64,000 nt of DNA from Candidatus Dormiibacterota bacterium (lineage in GTDB: Bacteria; Chloroflexota; Dormibacteria; Aeolococcales; Aeolococcaceae). The notes beneath the pieces were generated by a model. It made no database searches. It was not told where the DNA came from and saw nothing but the letters and a program-made list of their open reading frames with translations. Below, one piece after another: positions 19,991 through 30,075 of this stretch (position 1 is its first letter; each line of letters begins with the position of its first letter). The stretch lies in the NCBI GenBank assembly GCA_963709585.1, contig CAVPXI010000014.1, forward strand, positions 192,001 to 256,000, in the 5' to 3' direction. A program made the position numbers and the translations under genes.

Positions 19991-20917
19991 ATGGAGCCAG
20001 TCCGAACCAACGTCACTCGGGCACTCATTGAACCTGCCTTCGCGGTGATCGGGCTTGTGCCCGGTACCGGAGGGGGCGACCTGCTTACCGCTTTGGGCTT
20101 CGTCGTCGTCACCAGTGGAGCGTTCGACGCTGAGGTGGCGTCGGCCCTGTTCGAACTCGCCGCCGCCACCGAATACCAGGTCCTGAACGTCCCCGGCGCC
20201 GCGAGCCCGGGATACCTGCTCGCGGTGACAACTCCGAATCCCGGGCACCCAAGGCGAGGAAGGTTAACGGGGCCGATCGAACTCAACCTTTTCGCTCGCG
20301 ACGCTGACCAGTTGGCTCATACGCTCGACCGGATGTCTGTTGCACGCACCGAGATCATCCGTTGGGGCACTCGCGGCAAACAGATGGCGGACTTCCGATT
20401 CACCTCGGAAGAAGGTCTCGATGTGGTCGCCATCGAATACTCCGACCGCAGCCACGGTCGGCCCTCAGTTCTGGACACGGCACCCGAGCGCCTTACCAGC
20501 GAGCTAACCGCCGTGGCATGGATGGTCCCCGATGTCTCGGCATCTCGCGCGTACTGGGATCACGGGACAGGCATGGCGGTGGTGCTCAGCAACGAGATTC
20601 GCGACCCCTTGATGAGCGCCTTGATGGAGGTGGAGGATCTCCCTGGTCTGCGGTACGCGAACCTCGCCGCGCCGGACGAGGCCACCATGCGGCTGGAGAT
20701 CTTCGAACTAGTCGACGTCGCGACATCGCGCCGACCGCACAACGGTGTGATGAGCGGCGGTCTCCATGCTGCTGGGCTCACGACGCGCGATCTCGACGCC
20801 GCCGCGGCACTGCTAGGTGGTGTCCGGGCCATCCGGCCGACACCGCTCGGCAGACTGGCAGCCGGCACGGCCCCCGACGGCGTGGTGTGGCTCCTACGCG
20901 AGGTCGAGCGCGACTAA
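19991..20917 (+). CDS. VOC-like hypothetical protein (paralog B)
   Basis: RPSVLDTAPERLTSELTA, RLEIFEL, APDGVVWLL; start at ATG 19991. Confidence 0.65.
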   Translation: MEPVRTNVTRALIEPAFAVIGLVPGTGGGDLLTALGFVVVTSGAFDAEVASALFELAAATEYQVLNVPGAASPGYLLAVTTPNPGHPRRGRLTGPIELNLFARDADQLAHTLDRMSVARTEIIRWGTRGKQMADFRFTSEEGLDVVAIEYSDRSHGRPSVLDTAPERLTSELTAVAWMVPDVSASRAYWDHGTGMAVVLSNEIRDPLMSALMEVEDLPGLRYANLAAPDEATMRLEIFELVDVATSRRPHNGVMSGGLHAAGLTTRDLDAAAALLGGVRAIRPTPLGRLAAGTAPDGVVWLLREVERD

Positions 20918-22451
20918 CTTCCCGGCGTCGACTGCAACTCGTCCTTGATCTGTCGCTTGAGGATCTTTCCAGCCGCGTTCCGCGGCAGCGAATCGACGAA
21001 GCGAACCTCTTTTGGCAGCTTGTACCCGGCCAGAGATCCTCGCGCAAACGCAACCAGCTCCTCGGGCGAAGGTGCCTCGCCACGGGGAACGACCACGGCC
21101 ACGACGCGCTCACCCCACTTCTCGTCGGCTATACCCACGACCGCGACGTCAGCCACGGCCGGGTGCGTGTGCAGGACCTCCTCCACCTCGCGCGGGTACA
21201 CATTCGCGCCACCCGTGATGATCATGTCGCGTGCCCGGTCGACGATGTAGACATAGTTGTCCTCATCAACCACTGCGATGTCTCCAGCGCTGACGAAGCC
21301 ATCCTCGGTTGTTGCTTGCGCCGTGGCCTCTGGATCGTCGAGGTATCCACGGAATACCATGGGAGAACGGCTCCACAGCTCCCCGCGTTCACCTGCGGCT
21401 ACTGGCTGGCTATCCGGTCCCGTCAGTCGTACCTGCGTCATGAACCAGGGCGGCCCGACGCACCGCTCCTTGCGAAGTTGATCCGGTGGCCGGAGATTGG
21501 TAACGATCGACGCTTCCGTGGACCCGTACAGCTCGTGCAGGCCCGCTGTACGGAAGTTCTCGATCGTCCATACTTTGGCCTGCTGCGGCAGAGGCGCCGC
21601 GTTCACGTAGATAGTCGACAATGAGGAGGTGTCGCTCCGCGCGACGGTTCCATCTGGCAGTGCCCGCAACATCTGGATGTGCGCCGGTACCAGGAAGATC
21701 GAACTCGGTCGGTGCTGCGCGATCATCCGTAGGAGGAGTTCCGAATCGAAGGCGGGCATCATCGCGAGAGTGCCCCCCGTGACGCACGCCGCGTAGGCGA
21801 ATGCGAAGCCGGCGCCGTGGTACATGGGCGCAACCGCGATGGTCGTCTTCGCGGGCCCGAGGCCCCATTCGAGCGCCGTCAGGTAGAAGGTGATCGACCG
21901 CGAACGGTGACTGATCACCACGCCCTTGGGTTTGCCGGTAGTGCCAGCCGTGTAGCAGATGGTGAATGCATTGGTCTCGGGCACCTCGATGCGAGGGTCC
22001 ACCGCACGTGCACCATCCAGCACCAACTCGTAGTCATTGCCGAGACCGAGCGAATTCTCGATACCGGCAGTGGTCATGCCCGGCTCCACGACGCTGCGCA
22101 ACGCCTCGTCAAGAATCGCCGCCTGAGCGCGCGAGTGCTCGAGTATGTACGCCATCTCCGGTGCCGTAGAGTCGGGGGTTGATCGGCACCGAGACGAGTT
22201 CCAGCTTTCGCGAGCCCGCAGGCTATTTCCGGATACTCCAGCCGGTTGCCGGCGATCACCGCCACGCGGTCACCAACGTGCAAGCCGCGACCGATCATCG
22301 CTTGAGCCAGCCGCGAGGATCGCTCATCGAGTGCAGCGAACGTCAGTTCACGCGAGCCGTCGACTACCGCGACCGCATGCGGAGTCGCTATTGCAAATTC
22401 GCGCACGCCGTTGGCGATGTTCAGCTCCGCGCCAGTGGCCTGAGTCGTCAC
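20914..22451 (-). CDS. Acyl-CoA synthetase (AMP-forming), two +1 frameshifts near 22169 and 22196
   Basis: YTAGTTGKPKGV, YGSTE, GD, DRARDMIITGGANVYPREVE, PRNAAGK; corrected junction reads AGLVSVPINPRLTAPEM; span is 3n+2. Confidence 0.9.
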
Positions 22452-22452
22452 C

Positions 22453-23481
22453 TCACATTCCCTGCGCGAAGACCTCGAGCAGCGCCCGTTGGCCTTCCCT
22501 GCTCACCTCGTTGGGCACCATGTGCGTCAGGGGGCTCAGCTTGACCACATCGGCCAGGCCGTCGTATGCCTTCAACCGTTTTCGCACCTCATCCGGCGTG
22601 CCGGAGAGCGTCAGCGCGTCGACCATCGCGTCGGGCACCGCATCCGCCATGGCGGCCTCATCGCCCGCGCGGAAGCGCTCCTGGACGAGACGGGTCTCAT
22701 TGCCGAAGCCATGGAAGTCGAAGAAGTCTTGGTAGGATCGGACAGTCGCGTAGAACGCGACCAAGCGAGCGGCCCAACGCTTCGCCTCGCGTCCGTCGCT
22801 CGCCACCATGCAAACAGCGGACGCAACCACCTCTAGGTCGGACCGCACACGGCCGACCTGCTCCAGGCCCTCCTGCAGCAGCGGCAGCGCCTTGTCGCGA
22901 AGGTACGCCGGCGAGTTCAGCTCGTGCGAGATCCAGCCATCCGCGATCCGGCCGGCGGTTCGCAACATCACCGGGCCCACCGCCCCTAGGTAGATCGGAA
23001 TCGATGTCCGGATCGGTGTGTAGGGGCGCCTATACCCCCGAACGTGGACGGGCTCGAACTCACCCTCGAATTCGATCGGCTTACCCGTGTGACTGCCAGC
23101 GACAAAACGTCTGATCACCTCGACCGTCTCGGCTATGTGCGGTGCAGGCCGTCCGTACTCCGCGTGATGCCACTCCTCGGTGAGGCGACGAACGCCCGGC
23201 CCGAGCCCGAGGACGAAGCGCCCGCGGGTCAGATCATCGAGGTCGAGTGCAGTCAGCGCAGTGATCATGGGACTCCGAACAAATGCCAGCGCGATGCCGC
23301 TGCCGACGCGAATTCGCGAGGTGGCACAGCCGATCGCGGCGGCCATAACGAACGCGGTTCGGTGCAACTCGGTTGTCCAGACGCTGTCGAAACCCGCGTC
23401 CTCCGCGGCGCGGCTGGCAGCGACCTGCTCTTCGACCGTCTCTCCCCAGGGGCCGAGCGCCAGCTTCACGGCTGTGGCCAC
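22453..23481 (-). CDS. LLM-class (luciferase-like, probably F420-dependent) oxidoreductase
   Basis: AEDAGFDSVWTTE, RIRVGSGIA, GRFVLGLG, PIYLGAVGPVM, IADG. Confidence 0.9.
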   Translation of the reverse strand: MATAVKLALGPWGETVEEQVAASRAAEDAGFDSVWTTELHRTAFVMAAAIGCATSRIRVGSGIALAFVRSPMITALTALDLDDLTRGRFVLGLGPGVRRLTEEWHHAEYGRPAPHIAETVEVIRRFVAGSHTGKPIEFEGEFEPVHVRGYRRPYTPIRTSIPIYLGAVGPVMLRTAGRIADGWISHELNSPAYLRDKALPLLQEGLEQVGRVRSDLEVVASAVCMVASDGREAKRWAARLVAFYATVRSYQDFFDFHGFGNETRLVQERFRAGDEAAMADAVPDAMVDALTLSGTPDEVRKRLKAYDGLADVVKLSPLTHMVPNEVSREGQRALLEVFAQGM

Positions 23482-23993
23482 GCTTCACCAGCGACCGGGA
23501 AGACGTCCTTATCCTGGGGCGCGGAGCGTTTGTAGATCAGGAATGACCGCCGAAAGGTCATCACCACGTCGCCGTCCTGATTGAGCCCGCGTGTCTGCAC
23601 GCCGACGATTCCCGCGTACGGGCGAGACGCCAACTCCCGCTTCTCGAGCACCCGAGTCTCCGCAAAGAGCGTATCCCCGACGAAGACGGGATGCGGCAGC
23701 GTGATGTCGGTCCAGCCAAGGTTGGCGAACGCATTCTGCGACGTGTCAGCCACGGAGATCCCGAGCACCATCGCCACCGTGAGCCCCGAGTTCACGATAA
23801 GGCGGCCGAAGGGGGATCGCGCTGCATAAGGCGCATTGAAGTGTGCCTGGTTGGTATTCATTGTGAGGAGCGTGAACCACGTGTTGTCCGCTTCCGAGAT
23901 TGTCCGCCCCAGCGCATGCTGATAAACGTCCCCGATCTCGAAGTCCTCGTAGTACCGCCCATGCCGGTCCAGGTTGGTCGTTTTCGAATCCAC
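23466..23993 (-). CDS. MaoC-family (R)-specific hydratase/dehydratase
   Basis: GRYYEDFEIGDVYQH..GRTISEADN..F...TMN....HF, PVFVGDTL; GTG start 6 nt after a -10 box. Confidence 0.9.
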   Translation of the reverse strand: MDSKTTNLDRHGRYYEDFEIGDVYQHALGRTISEADNTWFTLLTMNTNQAHFNAPYAARSPFGRLIVNSGLTVAMVLGISVADTSQNAFANLGWTDITLPHPVFVGDTLFAETRVLEKRELASRPYAGIVGVQTRGLNQDGDVVMTFRRSFLIYKRSAPQDKDVFPVAGEAWPQP

Positions 23994-23999
23994 GCCCGA

Positions 24000-24029
24000 A
24001 CGGTAAACGTCAGACATTTCGCTCGTCAA
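24000..24029 (-). promoter_or_regulatory. Leaderless promoter (TTGACG-N18-TACCGT) with operator AATGTCTGACGTT
   Basis: -35 at 24024-24029, operator 24006-24018, -10 at 24000-24005, GTG at 23993. Confidence 0.75.
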
Positions 24030-24048
24030 CTAGGTAATCTTTGCGGCT

Positions 24049-24372
24049 GTGAACGTCGAGTGGCACGAACTGACGATTCCGGACAGCTCACCCAAGGTCG
24101 TGGTGGCCCGGTTGCGCAAGGAGGACGCTGGCGCCTTCTGGACCCTGGTCAGATTCCCCGCTGGGTGGGTCCGTCCAGTCTCCGGTCACTATATGGTCCA
24201 GGAAGAATTCTGGATCCTGGAGGGAGAGTTGGAACTGAACGAGGTCACCTACAGGCTGGGTGAGGGCGTGAGCGTCCCGGCCGGCGCCGTGCGCACGGAC
24301 ACAAGATCACCGCGCGGAGCCCTCGTGATCGCCCGATTCGGTGGGCCCGCGACATGGGTCCCGGAACAGTGA
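24049..24372 (+). CDS. Small cupin (ChrR/DUF4437-like)
   Basis: LVRFPAGWVR...GHYMVQEEFWILEGEL...G..VSVPAG; TAATCT -10 box at 24035-24040. Confidence 0.7.
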   Translation: MNVEWHELTIPDSSPKVVVARLRKEDAGAFWTLVRFPAGWVRPVSGHYMVQEEFWILEGELELNEVTYRLGEGVSVPAGAVRTDTRSPRGALVIARFGGPATWVPEQ

Positions 24373-24391
24373 GCCTCCCCGACCAGGCCGC

Positions 24392-24421
24392 TTGACCAGT
24401 CAAATGTCTGATGTTTACTCT
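24392..24421 (+). promoter_or_regulatory. Leaderless promoter (TTGACC-N18-TACTCT) with operator AATGTCTGATGTT
   Basis: -35 at 24392-24397, operator 24403-24415, -10 at 24416-24421, GTG at 24428. Confidence 0.75.
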
Positions 24422-24427
24422 GACGGG

Positions 24428-25627
24428 GTGCTGCCGCTAGAAGACGTCAGAATTGTTGCGATCGAGCAGTACGGTGCGGGGCCGTTTGGCTCCGTGCACC
24501 TGGCCGACCTCGGTGCGGAGGTGATCAAGATCGAGGATCCGCGGTCGAGTGGCGATGTCGGCCGCTACGTGGTGCCGTTCCAGGAAGGCGAGGATAGCCT
24601 CTTCTTCGAAACCTTCAACCGCAACAAACGGAGTCTCTCCCTCGATCTCTCGACTGCGGCAGGTCGGGAGGTACTCCGCGACCTCGTCCGGGTTTCAGAC
24701 GCTGTGTACTCGAACCTGCGCGGAGACATCCCAGAGAAGCTCGGTGTCACCTACGCCCAACTCAGCGACGTGAATCCGAGAGTGGTCTGCTGCGCACTGA
24801 CCGGCTACGGGATGACCGGGCCGCGCAAGGCCGAACCCGCCTATGACTACATCCTCCAGGGGATCGCTGGGTGGATGAGCTTGACCGGCGAACCGGACGG
24901 CCCTCCAACCAAATCGGGGCTCAGTGTCGTCGACTACTGCGGGGGCTTCGTGGCAGCGCTCGCTCTTGTCGCCGGGATCCACGCAGCCCGGCGCGATGGC
25001 CGTGGACTCGACTGCGATCTGTCGCTCTTCGACGTCGCGGTCAACCTGCTTAGCTACCCTGCTACGTGGTATCTGAATCGTGGATATATGACGGAGCGCC
25101 TTGCTGCCTCTGCCCACCCTTCGCTAGTCCCATTCCAGAACTTCGAAACCAGCGAGGGCTGGATTGTGGTCGGATGCGCCAAGGAGAAGTTCTGGCAGTG
25201 CCTGACCGGGGTGATCGAGCGGCCGGAACTCGCCGAAGACCCGCGATTCCTGGATTTCGCTGCTCGGCGCAAGAACCGAGACGTGCTCGTCCCAATGCTC
25301 ATCGAGATTTTCCGCTCCCGGCCTGCGTCTTACTGGCTTCCGTTGCTGGCGTCGGAAGGTATTCCGAGCGGGCCGATCAACACAGTTGAGCAGGCTCTGC
25401 AGGATCCGCAGATAGCCGCGCGCGGCATGCTAGTTGAGACAGACCACGATCGATGGGGACGCATCACGACCCCAGCCACTCCGGTGCGCGTCGGCGAGCC
25501 TCGAAAGGCGCATCGGCGAGCACCGCATCGGAACGAGGATGCGGACGGCATTCTTCGTGTCCTGCTCGGCTATGACGAATCACGGGTGCACCAGCTCGAG
25601 GCTTCAGGCGCCTTCGGTGCAGTCTGA
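24428..25627 (+). CDS. Class III CoA-transferase (CaiB/BaiF family)
   Basis: PLEDVRI, AGPFG...LADLGAEVIKIEDP, NRNKRSL, GYG.TGP, catalytic Asp (VVDYCGG). Confidence 0.95.
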   Translation: MLPLEDVRIVAIEQYGAGPFGSVHLADLGAEVIKIEDPRSSGDVGRYVVPFQEGEDSLFFETFNRNKRSLSLDLSTAAGREVLRDLVRVSDAVYSNLRGDIPEKLGVTYAQLSDVNPRVVCCALTGYGMTGPRKAEPAYDYILQGIAGWMSLTGEPDGPPTKSGLSVVDYCGGFVAALALVAGIHAARRDGRGLDCDLSLFDVAVNLLSYPATWYLNRGYMTERLAASAHPSLVPFQNFETSEGWIVVGCAKEKFWQCLTGVIERPELAEDPRFLDFAARRKNRDVLVPMLIEIFRSRPASYWLPLLASEGIPSGPINTVEQALQDPQIAARGMLVETDHDRWGRITTPATPVRVGEPRKAHRRAPHRNEDADGILRVLLGYDESRVHQLEASGAFGAV

Positions 25628-25628
25628 G

Positions 25629-26984
25629 GTGAGCGCATCCGGCAGGCTGGCCGAGTGGGCACTCGGGTTAGAGCTGGATGACATCCCAGCTGGAGTCCGC
25701 CGAGCCGCCCGACGACATGTACTCGACGCCTTGGGTTGCGGCTTGGCTGCGCGGCGAATGGGTGAGGCGGAGCCTGCCCTCGCTATCGCGGTCGGCCTGG
25801 GCGGACCGTGCGAGGCAACCGTCATAGGCGGCGACCGGACCGGAGCTCCAAGCGCCGCCCTCGCAAACGGGAGTCTCATCCACGCGCTCGACTTCGACGA
25901 CACTCATGCCGATTCGCTGGTCCATGCCACCGTCGCCGTGCTGCCCGCCGCCCTCGCGGCCGCGGAAGAGCGCGAGACCAGCGGTCAGCAGCTCCTGATC
26001 GCCGTGATCGCGGGAATTGAAGCCGTAACCCGGCTCGGAGCGGCGGTGCCCCACGGCTTCCACGCACGCGGGTTCCACGCAACCAGCGTGTGCGGGACCT
26101 TCGCGTCGGCGCTGGCCGTCTCTCGTCTCTACGGCCTGAATGAGAGCGCGGCAGTGAATGCGCTCGGGATTGCGGGGAGCTTCGCAGCCGGAAGTCTCGA
26201 GTTCCTTGCGGACGGCTCGAGCACCAAGCAGTTGCACCCGGGATGGTCGGCCCACTCCGGGTTGATCGCCAGCCGTCTGGCGGCAGCCGGCGCAACTGGT
26301 CCGGCGACAATCTTCGAGGGCGAATCCGGCCTGTATCGAGCGTACGTGGGGCGCTCGGTAGACGCCGCACGGTTGGTTACGGCCCTCGGCGAGCGATGGG
26401 AGACGGAGAGGCTGACCATCAAGCCATATCCAGCTTGTCAGCTCTCTCACGCTTCCCTTGACGCGCTGCGCGAAGCCGGCGTCCGCGCAGCCGATGTTGC
26501 CTCCATCCACTTCCGCCTGCCCGACGATGCAGCGGCCATCGTGTGCTCTCCCGAGTCCGCGAAGCTGCACCCTCGGACACCGTATGAAGCCAAATTTTCG
26601 CTGCAGTGGTGCACAGCTGCACTGCTGCTTGACGGCACACTCGGCCTCGAATCGTTCGCTCCAGGCCGTATCCAGGAGGAATCAATCCTCGAACTGGCAG
26701 CGCGCGTCACGTTCGAGACGTATGAGCCAGGTGTGCCAGCCGCGGCTGCGGGTGGCAGAGTTGAGGTGAGCTTTCGGGATGGCACGACACGCACGGGTGC
26801 GGTGAGCGGCAGTCGAGGCGGCCCCGACCACCCGCTGAGCGACGAGCAGTTGCTCGAGAAGTTCCAGCTCAACGCCGGCAGCGGCTACGAGCGACTCGCG
26901 GAAGCCGTCCTCGCGCTGGACTCGTTGACTTCGGTGACGGAGCTCACAGCGCAGTTGGGTCGGCTCGTCGGTTCACGCCAGTGA
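25629..26984 (+). CDS. MmgE/PrpD-family protein
   Basis: ANG..IHALDFDDTH....H, RGFHAT, KQLHPG, IKPYPAC..SH, AKFS. Confidence 0.93.
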   Translation: MSASGRLAEWALGLELDDIPAGVRRAARRHVLDALGCGLAARRMGEAEPALAIAVGLGGPCEATVIGGDRTGAPSAALANGSLIHALDFDDTHADSLVHATVAVLPAALAAAEERETSGQQLLIAVIAGIEAVTRLGAAVPHGFHARGFHATSVCGTFASALAVSRLYGLNESAAVNALGIAGSFAAGSLEFLADGSSTKQLHPGWSAHSGLIASRLAAAGATGPATIFEGESGLYRAYVGRSVDAARLVTALGERWETERLTIKPYPACQLSHASLDALREAGVRAADVASIHFRLPDDAAAIVCSPESAKLHPRTPYEAKFSLQWCTAALLLDGTLGLESFAPGRIQEESILELAARVTFETYEPGVPAAAAGGRVEVSFRDGTTRTGAVSGSRGGPDHPLSDEQLLEKFQLNAGSGYERLAEAVLALDSLTSVTELTAQLGRLVGSRQ

Positions 26985-28097
26985 TCACCGCCATCAAGCC
27001 GGTCCGTTTTCCGTGGTTCGACTACGCGCGCTATACGTTCTCGCTGGGGCTCAATGTCGGTGGTGGGGTAGCAATGCTCAGCGGCCACACCGCGTCGGAG
27101 TTCGATCCGGAGCAACGCACGATCGTTGTCAAGGGACCGGTTGGGCAGCAGGTTCGGACCGCCTACAACAAGATCGAGGCGATTCTCGAAGCCGCGGGTC
27201 TGACACTCGCCGACATCGTTCGCGTCGTCGAGTACGTCGCAGCCCCAGCCATCGGCGACTATGCGGAGATCGAACGTGTCCGTCGCGAGGTGCTGGCAGG
27301 CGCCGACCCGGCCGTCAACACGGTGTGCGTCACGCGGCTGCTCCGTCCCGAGGCGCTGCTTGAGATCGAGGTCGTGGCCAAGAAAGGCGGCGAGGACGAC
27401 CCGCTGGACGGCGTCGTGTACCTCCCGTCGTTGACCGCTCCGGACGAGGGCGACCTCCTCGCGCAGACCGCGGCAGTGTATGAGCAGGCATCGGCACTGC
27501 TCTCGTCACTCGGCCTCTCCATGGCCAATGTGACCAAGACAGTCGATTACTGCCCCGAGTTCGGTGCTCTCCGAGTACAGGTACACCGGTCGCGTCCGGA
27601 AGGAGCAGCTCGGACCTGTCTATCCAGGGGCAACCGGAATTCTGGTCGAGCGGCTTCGCCATCCGGATGCCCTGATCCAGGTCGACTTCATGGCGTCTCG
27701 GCATCCGCCCGAGGCGGTCAACCCCGGTTGGGAGCGGTACGCAAAGCTCACCTACAGCCCGGCGGTGAAAGCCGGTCGCGTCCTGTTCATGTCGGGCCAG
27801 GCTGCGCTCGACCCACCGTCGGAGCAAGCACTGTTTGCCGGCGACGTGGTCGCGCAAGCCGACTATACGTACGGCAACATCGTTGCCGTCCTTCAGGCGG
27901 CAGGGCTGGGGCCCGAAGATCTGGTGAAAACCATCGAATACGTGTTGCCGGAGGCACTCAACGACTACCGCCAGGTTGCCGAGGTCCGTGCCCGCCGTTT
28001 GAGTGAGCCCTATCCGGCCTCGACAGGCCTCGTCATCCCCAAGCTGTTACGGCCCGAGTTTCTGATCGAGATCGATCCTATGGCGCTCTTCCCGTGA
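26981..28097 (+). CDS. Triple-domain RidA/YjgF-family protein (+1 frameshift at 27557-27562)
   Basis: Three consecutive RidA-like units ending LLEIEVVA, LIQVDFMA and LIEIDPMA; deleting one T in GAGTTC joins ORFs 26981 and 27564. Confidence 0.85.
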
Positions 28098-28552
28098 GCC
28101 GAACATTGCTGACTGACGACGTCCGGGCCCATATCGGACGCGAAGCGAAGTACACGGCGCCCGAACCGTTGTCGGCGGCTGCCTTCCGCTATTTCTCCAT
28201 GGCAATCGGTGACAACAATCCGCGCTGGCGCGAGGGTATTGCGCCGCCAACGTTCATCTGCGAGTTGAACCAATATCTCGATACGCGCGCCGAGATCCTG
28301 AGCGGCGGCCACCAGTGGCATCTGCCGGTCACCGGCTGCCGGGTGCTGCGTGGCGGGCACGAGTACGAATTTTTTCGTCCTGTTCGCGCGGGCGACCACG
28401 TTGCCGTTACCTGGCGGATCGCGGATATGACGGAGCGTCAGGCAAAGAGCGGCAAGTCGATGCTCATCGTGAGCTCAGAAGCTCGATACACAACGACGAG
28501 CGATGAGCCACTCGCGCTCAACCGCGAAACTCTCATCTATCAGGAACTGTGA
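28094..28552 (+). CDS. MaoC-like dehydratase, N-terminal (FAS1-type) hotdog subunit
   Basis: F..AIGDNNP, IAPPTF, LRGGHEYEFFRPVRAGD. Confidence 0.88.
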   Translation: MSRTLLTDDVRAHIGREAKYTAPEPLSAAAFRYFSMAIGDNNPRWREGIAPPTFICELNQYLDTRAEILSGGHQWHLPVTGCRVLRGGHEYEFFRPVRAGDHVAVTWRIADMTERQAKSGKSMLIVSSEARYTTTSDEPLALNRETLIYQEL

Positions 28553-28933
28553 AAGCAGGAGAGGTCCTGCCCGCGCTCGAGCGCACGCTCGACCTGGCGT
28601 CGCTAGTCGCCTATGCGGCCGCGACGTGGGACTGGTACGGCTTGCACTATGACCCTGTCGTTGTCGCCGCTCTGGGGTTACCGCAGCCTTTGGTGGATGG
28701 GCAGATGCTCGGCGCACTACTCGCCGAGCACGCACTCTCCTGGGCGCCGAAAAATGCCGAGGTCAAGCGAATGGGATTTCGCTTCAGTTCGATGGTGTTC
28801 GCGGGTGACACCGTGCGCGTTGAGGGCGAGGTCGAGTTCGGTCGCTGAACATACCGTTCGGCTGACTCAGCGGGTCCTGGTCGGCGACAACGAGGCCGTC
28901 ACGTCTGCCTGGATAGAACTTCTGCTGACGTGA
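28549..28933 (+). CDS. MaoC-like dehydratase, second hotdog subunit (+1 frameshift at 28834-28839)
   Basis: YAAATWDWYGLHYD, G...G, F...VFAGDT; corrected C-terminus ESVAEHTVRLTQRVLVG. Confidence 0.85.
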
Positions 28934-30075
28934 GCAAGCGAGTTGCGATCGTCGGCGTTGCCGAGTTCGACCTGGGCATCACCGGAAAGTCGGTCTACGA
29001 GCTGCAGGTGCAGGCGATCACCGCGGCCCTCGAGGATGCCGGACTTGATCCGAATCACGTCGACGGCCTTGCGACCAATGGTTCGTCACGGTTTGCGGCA
29101 ACCCAGGTCGCCGAATATCTCGGCATTTTCCCGCGATGGTTTGACACCACCTTCGCCGGGGGGCCATCGTACGAGGTCTTCGTCGGCCACGCCGCGCATG
29201 CGATCCGCGAAGGCGCGTGCGACGTTGCGCTCATCACCTACGGGTCGAACCAGCGATCCATGCGGTCTCGTCAACTCGCGGGTGTGGTTGATCCAGGCAC
29301 GCCCGAAGCTCAATACGAAGCGCCATACGGGCTGCTCAACCCGATCTCGGGCTACGCACTCGCGGCGCAGCGATACCTCTTCGAGTTCGGCACCACGTCG
29401 GAGCAACTGGCGGGAGTCGCGGTGGCTGCGCGCGCCTGGGCGCTCAAGAACCCCAAGGCATTTCACTACGGGTCCGGGCCCTTGACCGTCGACGACGTCC
29501 TCAAGTCACCAATGGTTAGCTCGCCACTGCACGCACTCGATTGCTGCCTGGTGACAGACGGTGGCGGTGCAGTCGTGCTCGTCTCCGAGGACCGTGCTGC
29601 GTCGCTCGCCAAGCCGCCGGTGTGGGTGCTCGGCCATGGCGAAGCGACAACGCACCAGGGCATCGCGCAGATGCCCGACCTCGTCAGGACCGGCGGAAGC
29701 GTCTCGGGCGCAACGGCCTTGGGCATGGCCGGACTCGCTCCGCGTGAAATTGATGTCATCCAAGTGTACGACTCGTTCACCATCACCGTCCTGTTGACAT
29801 TAGAAGCGCTCGGGTTCTGCGAACCTGGCGAGGCCGGGGCGCTGGCCGAAAGCGGGGCACTTGCTCCCGGAGGACGCATGGCGATCAATACGTCCGGCGG
29901 CGGCCTCTCCTATTGTCATCCGGGGATGTTCGGCATCCTGCTCCTCATTGAGGCGGTGCGCCAGCTGCGTGGCGAGTGCGGTGACCGTCAGCTCCTCAAA
30001 CACGAGACGGCCATCTGCCACGGAACCGGCGGGATGTTCTCAACGCACGCAACTGTGGTGCTCGGGCGTGGTTGA
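28930..30075 (+). CDS. Thiolase-like protein (SCP2/Ltp2 type) lacking the nucleophilic Cys
   Basis: VAIVGV, DCCLVTDGGGA, QVYDSFT, NTSGGGLSYCHPG; GGPS where ACAS is usual. Confidence 0.9.
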   Translation: MSKRVAIVGVAEFDLGITGKSVYELQVQAITAALEDAGLDPNHVDGLATNGSSRFAATQVAEYLGIFPRWFDTTFAGGPSYEVFVGHAAHAIREGACDVALITYGSNQRSMRSRQLAGVVDPGTPEAQYEAPYGLLNPISGYALAAQRYLFEFGTTSEQLAGVAVAARAWALKNPKAFHYGSGPLTVDDVLKSPMVSSPLHALDCCLVTDGGGAVVLVSEDRAASLAKPPVWVLGHGEATTHQGIAQMPDLVRTGGSVSGATALGMAGLAPREIDVIQVYDSFTITVLLTLEALGFCEPGEAGALAESGALAPGGRMAINTSGGGLSYCHPGMFGILLLIEAVRQLRGECGDRQLLKHETAICHGTGGMFSTHATVVLGRG

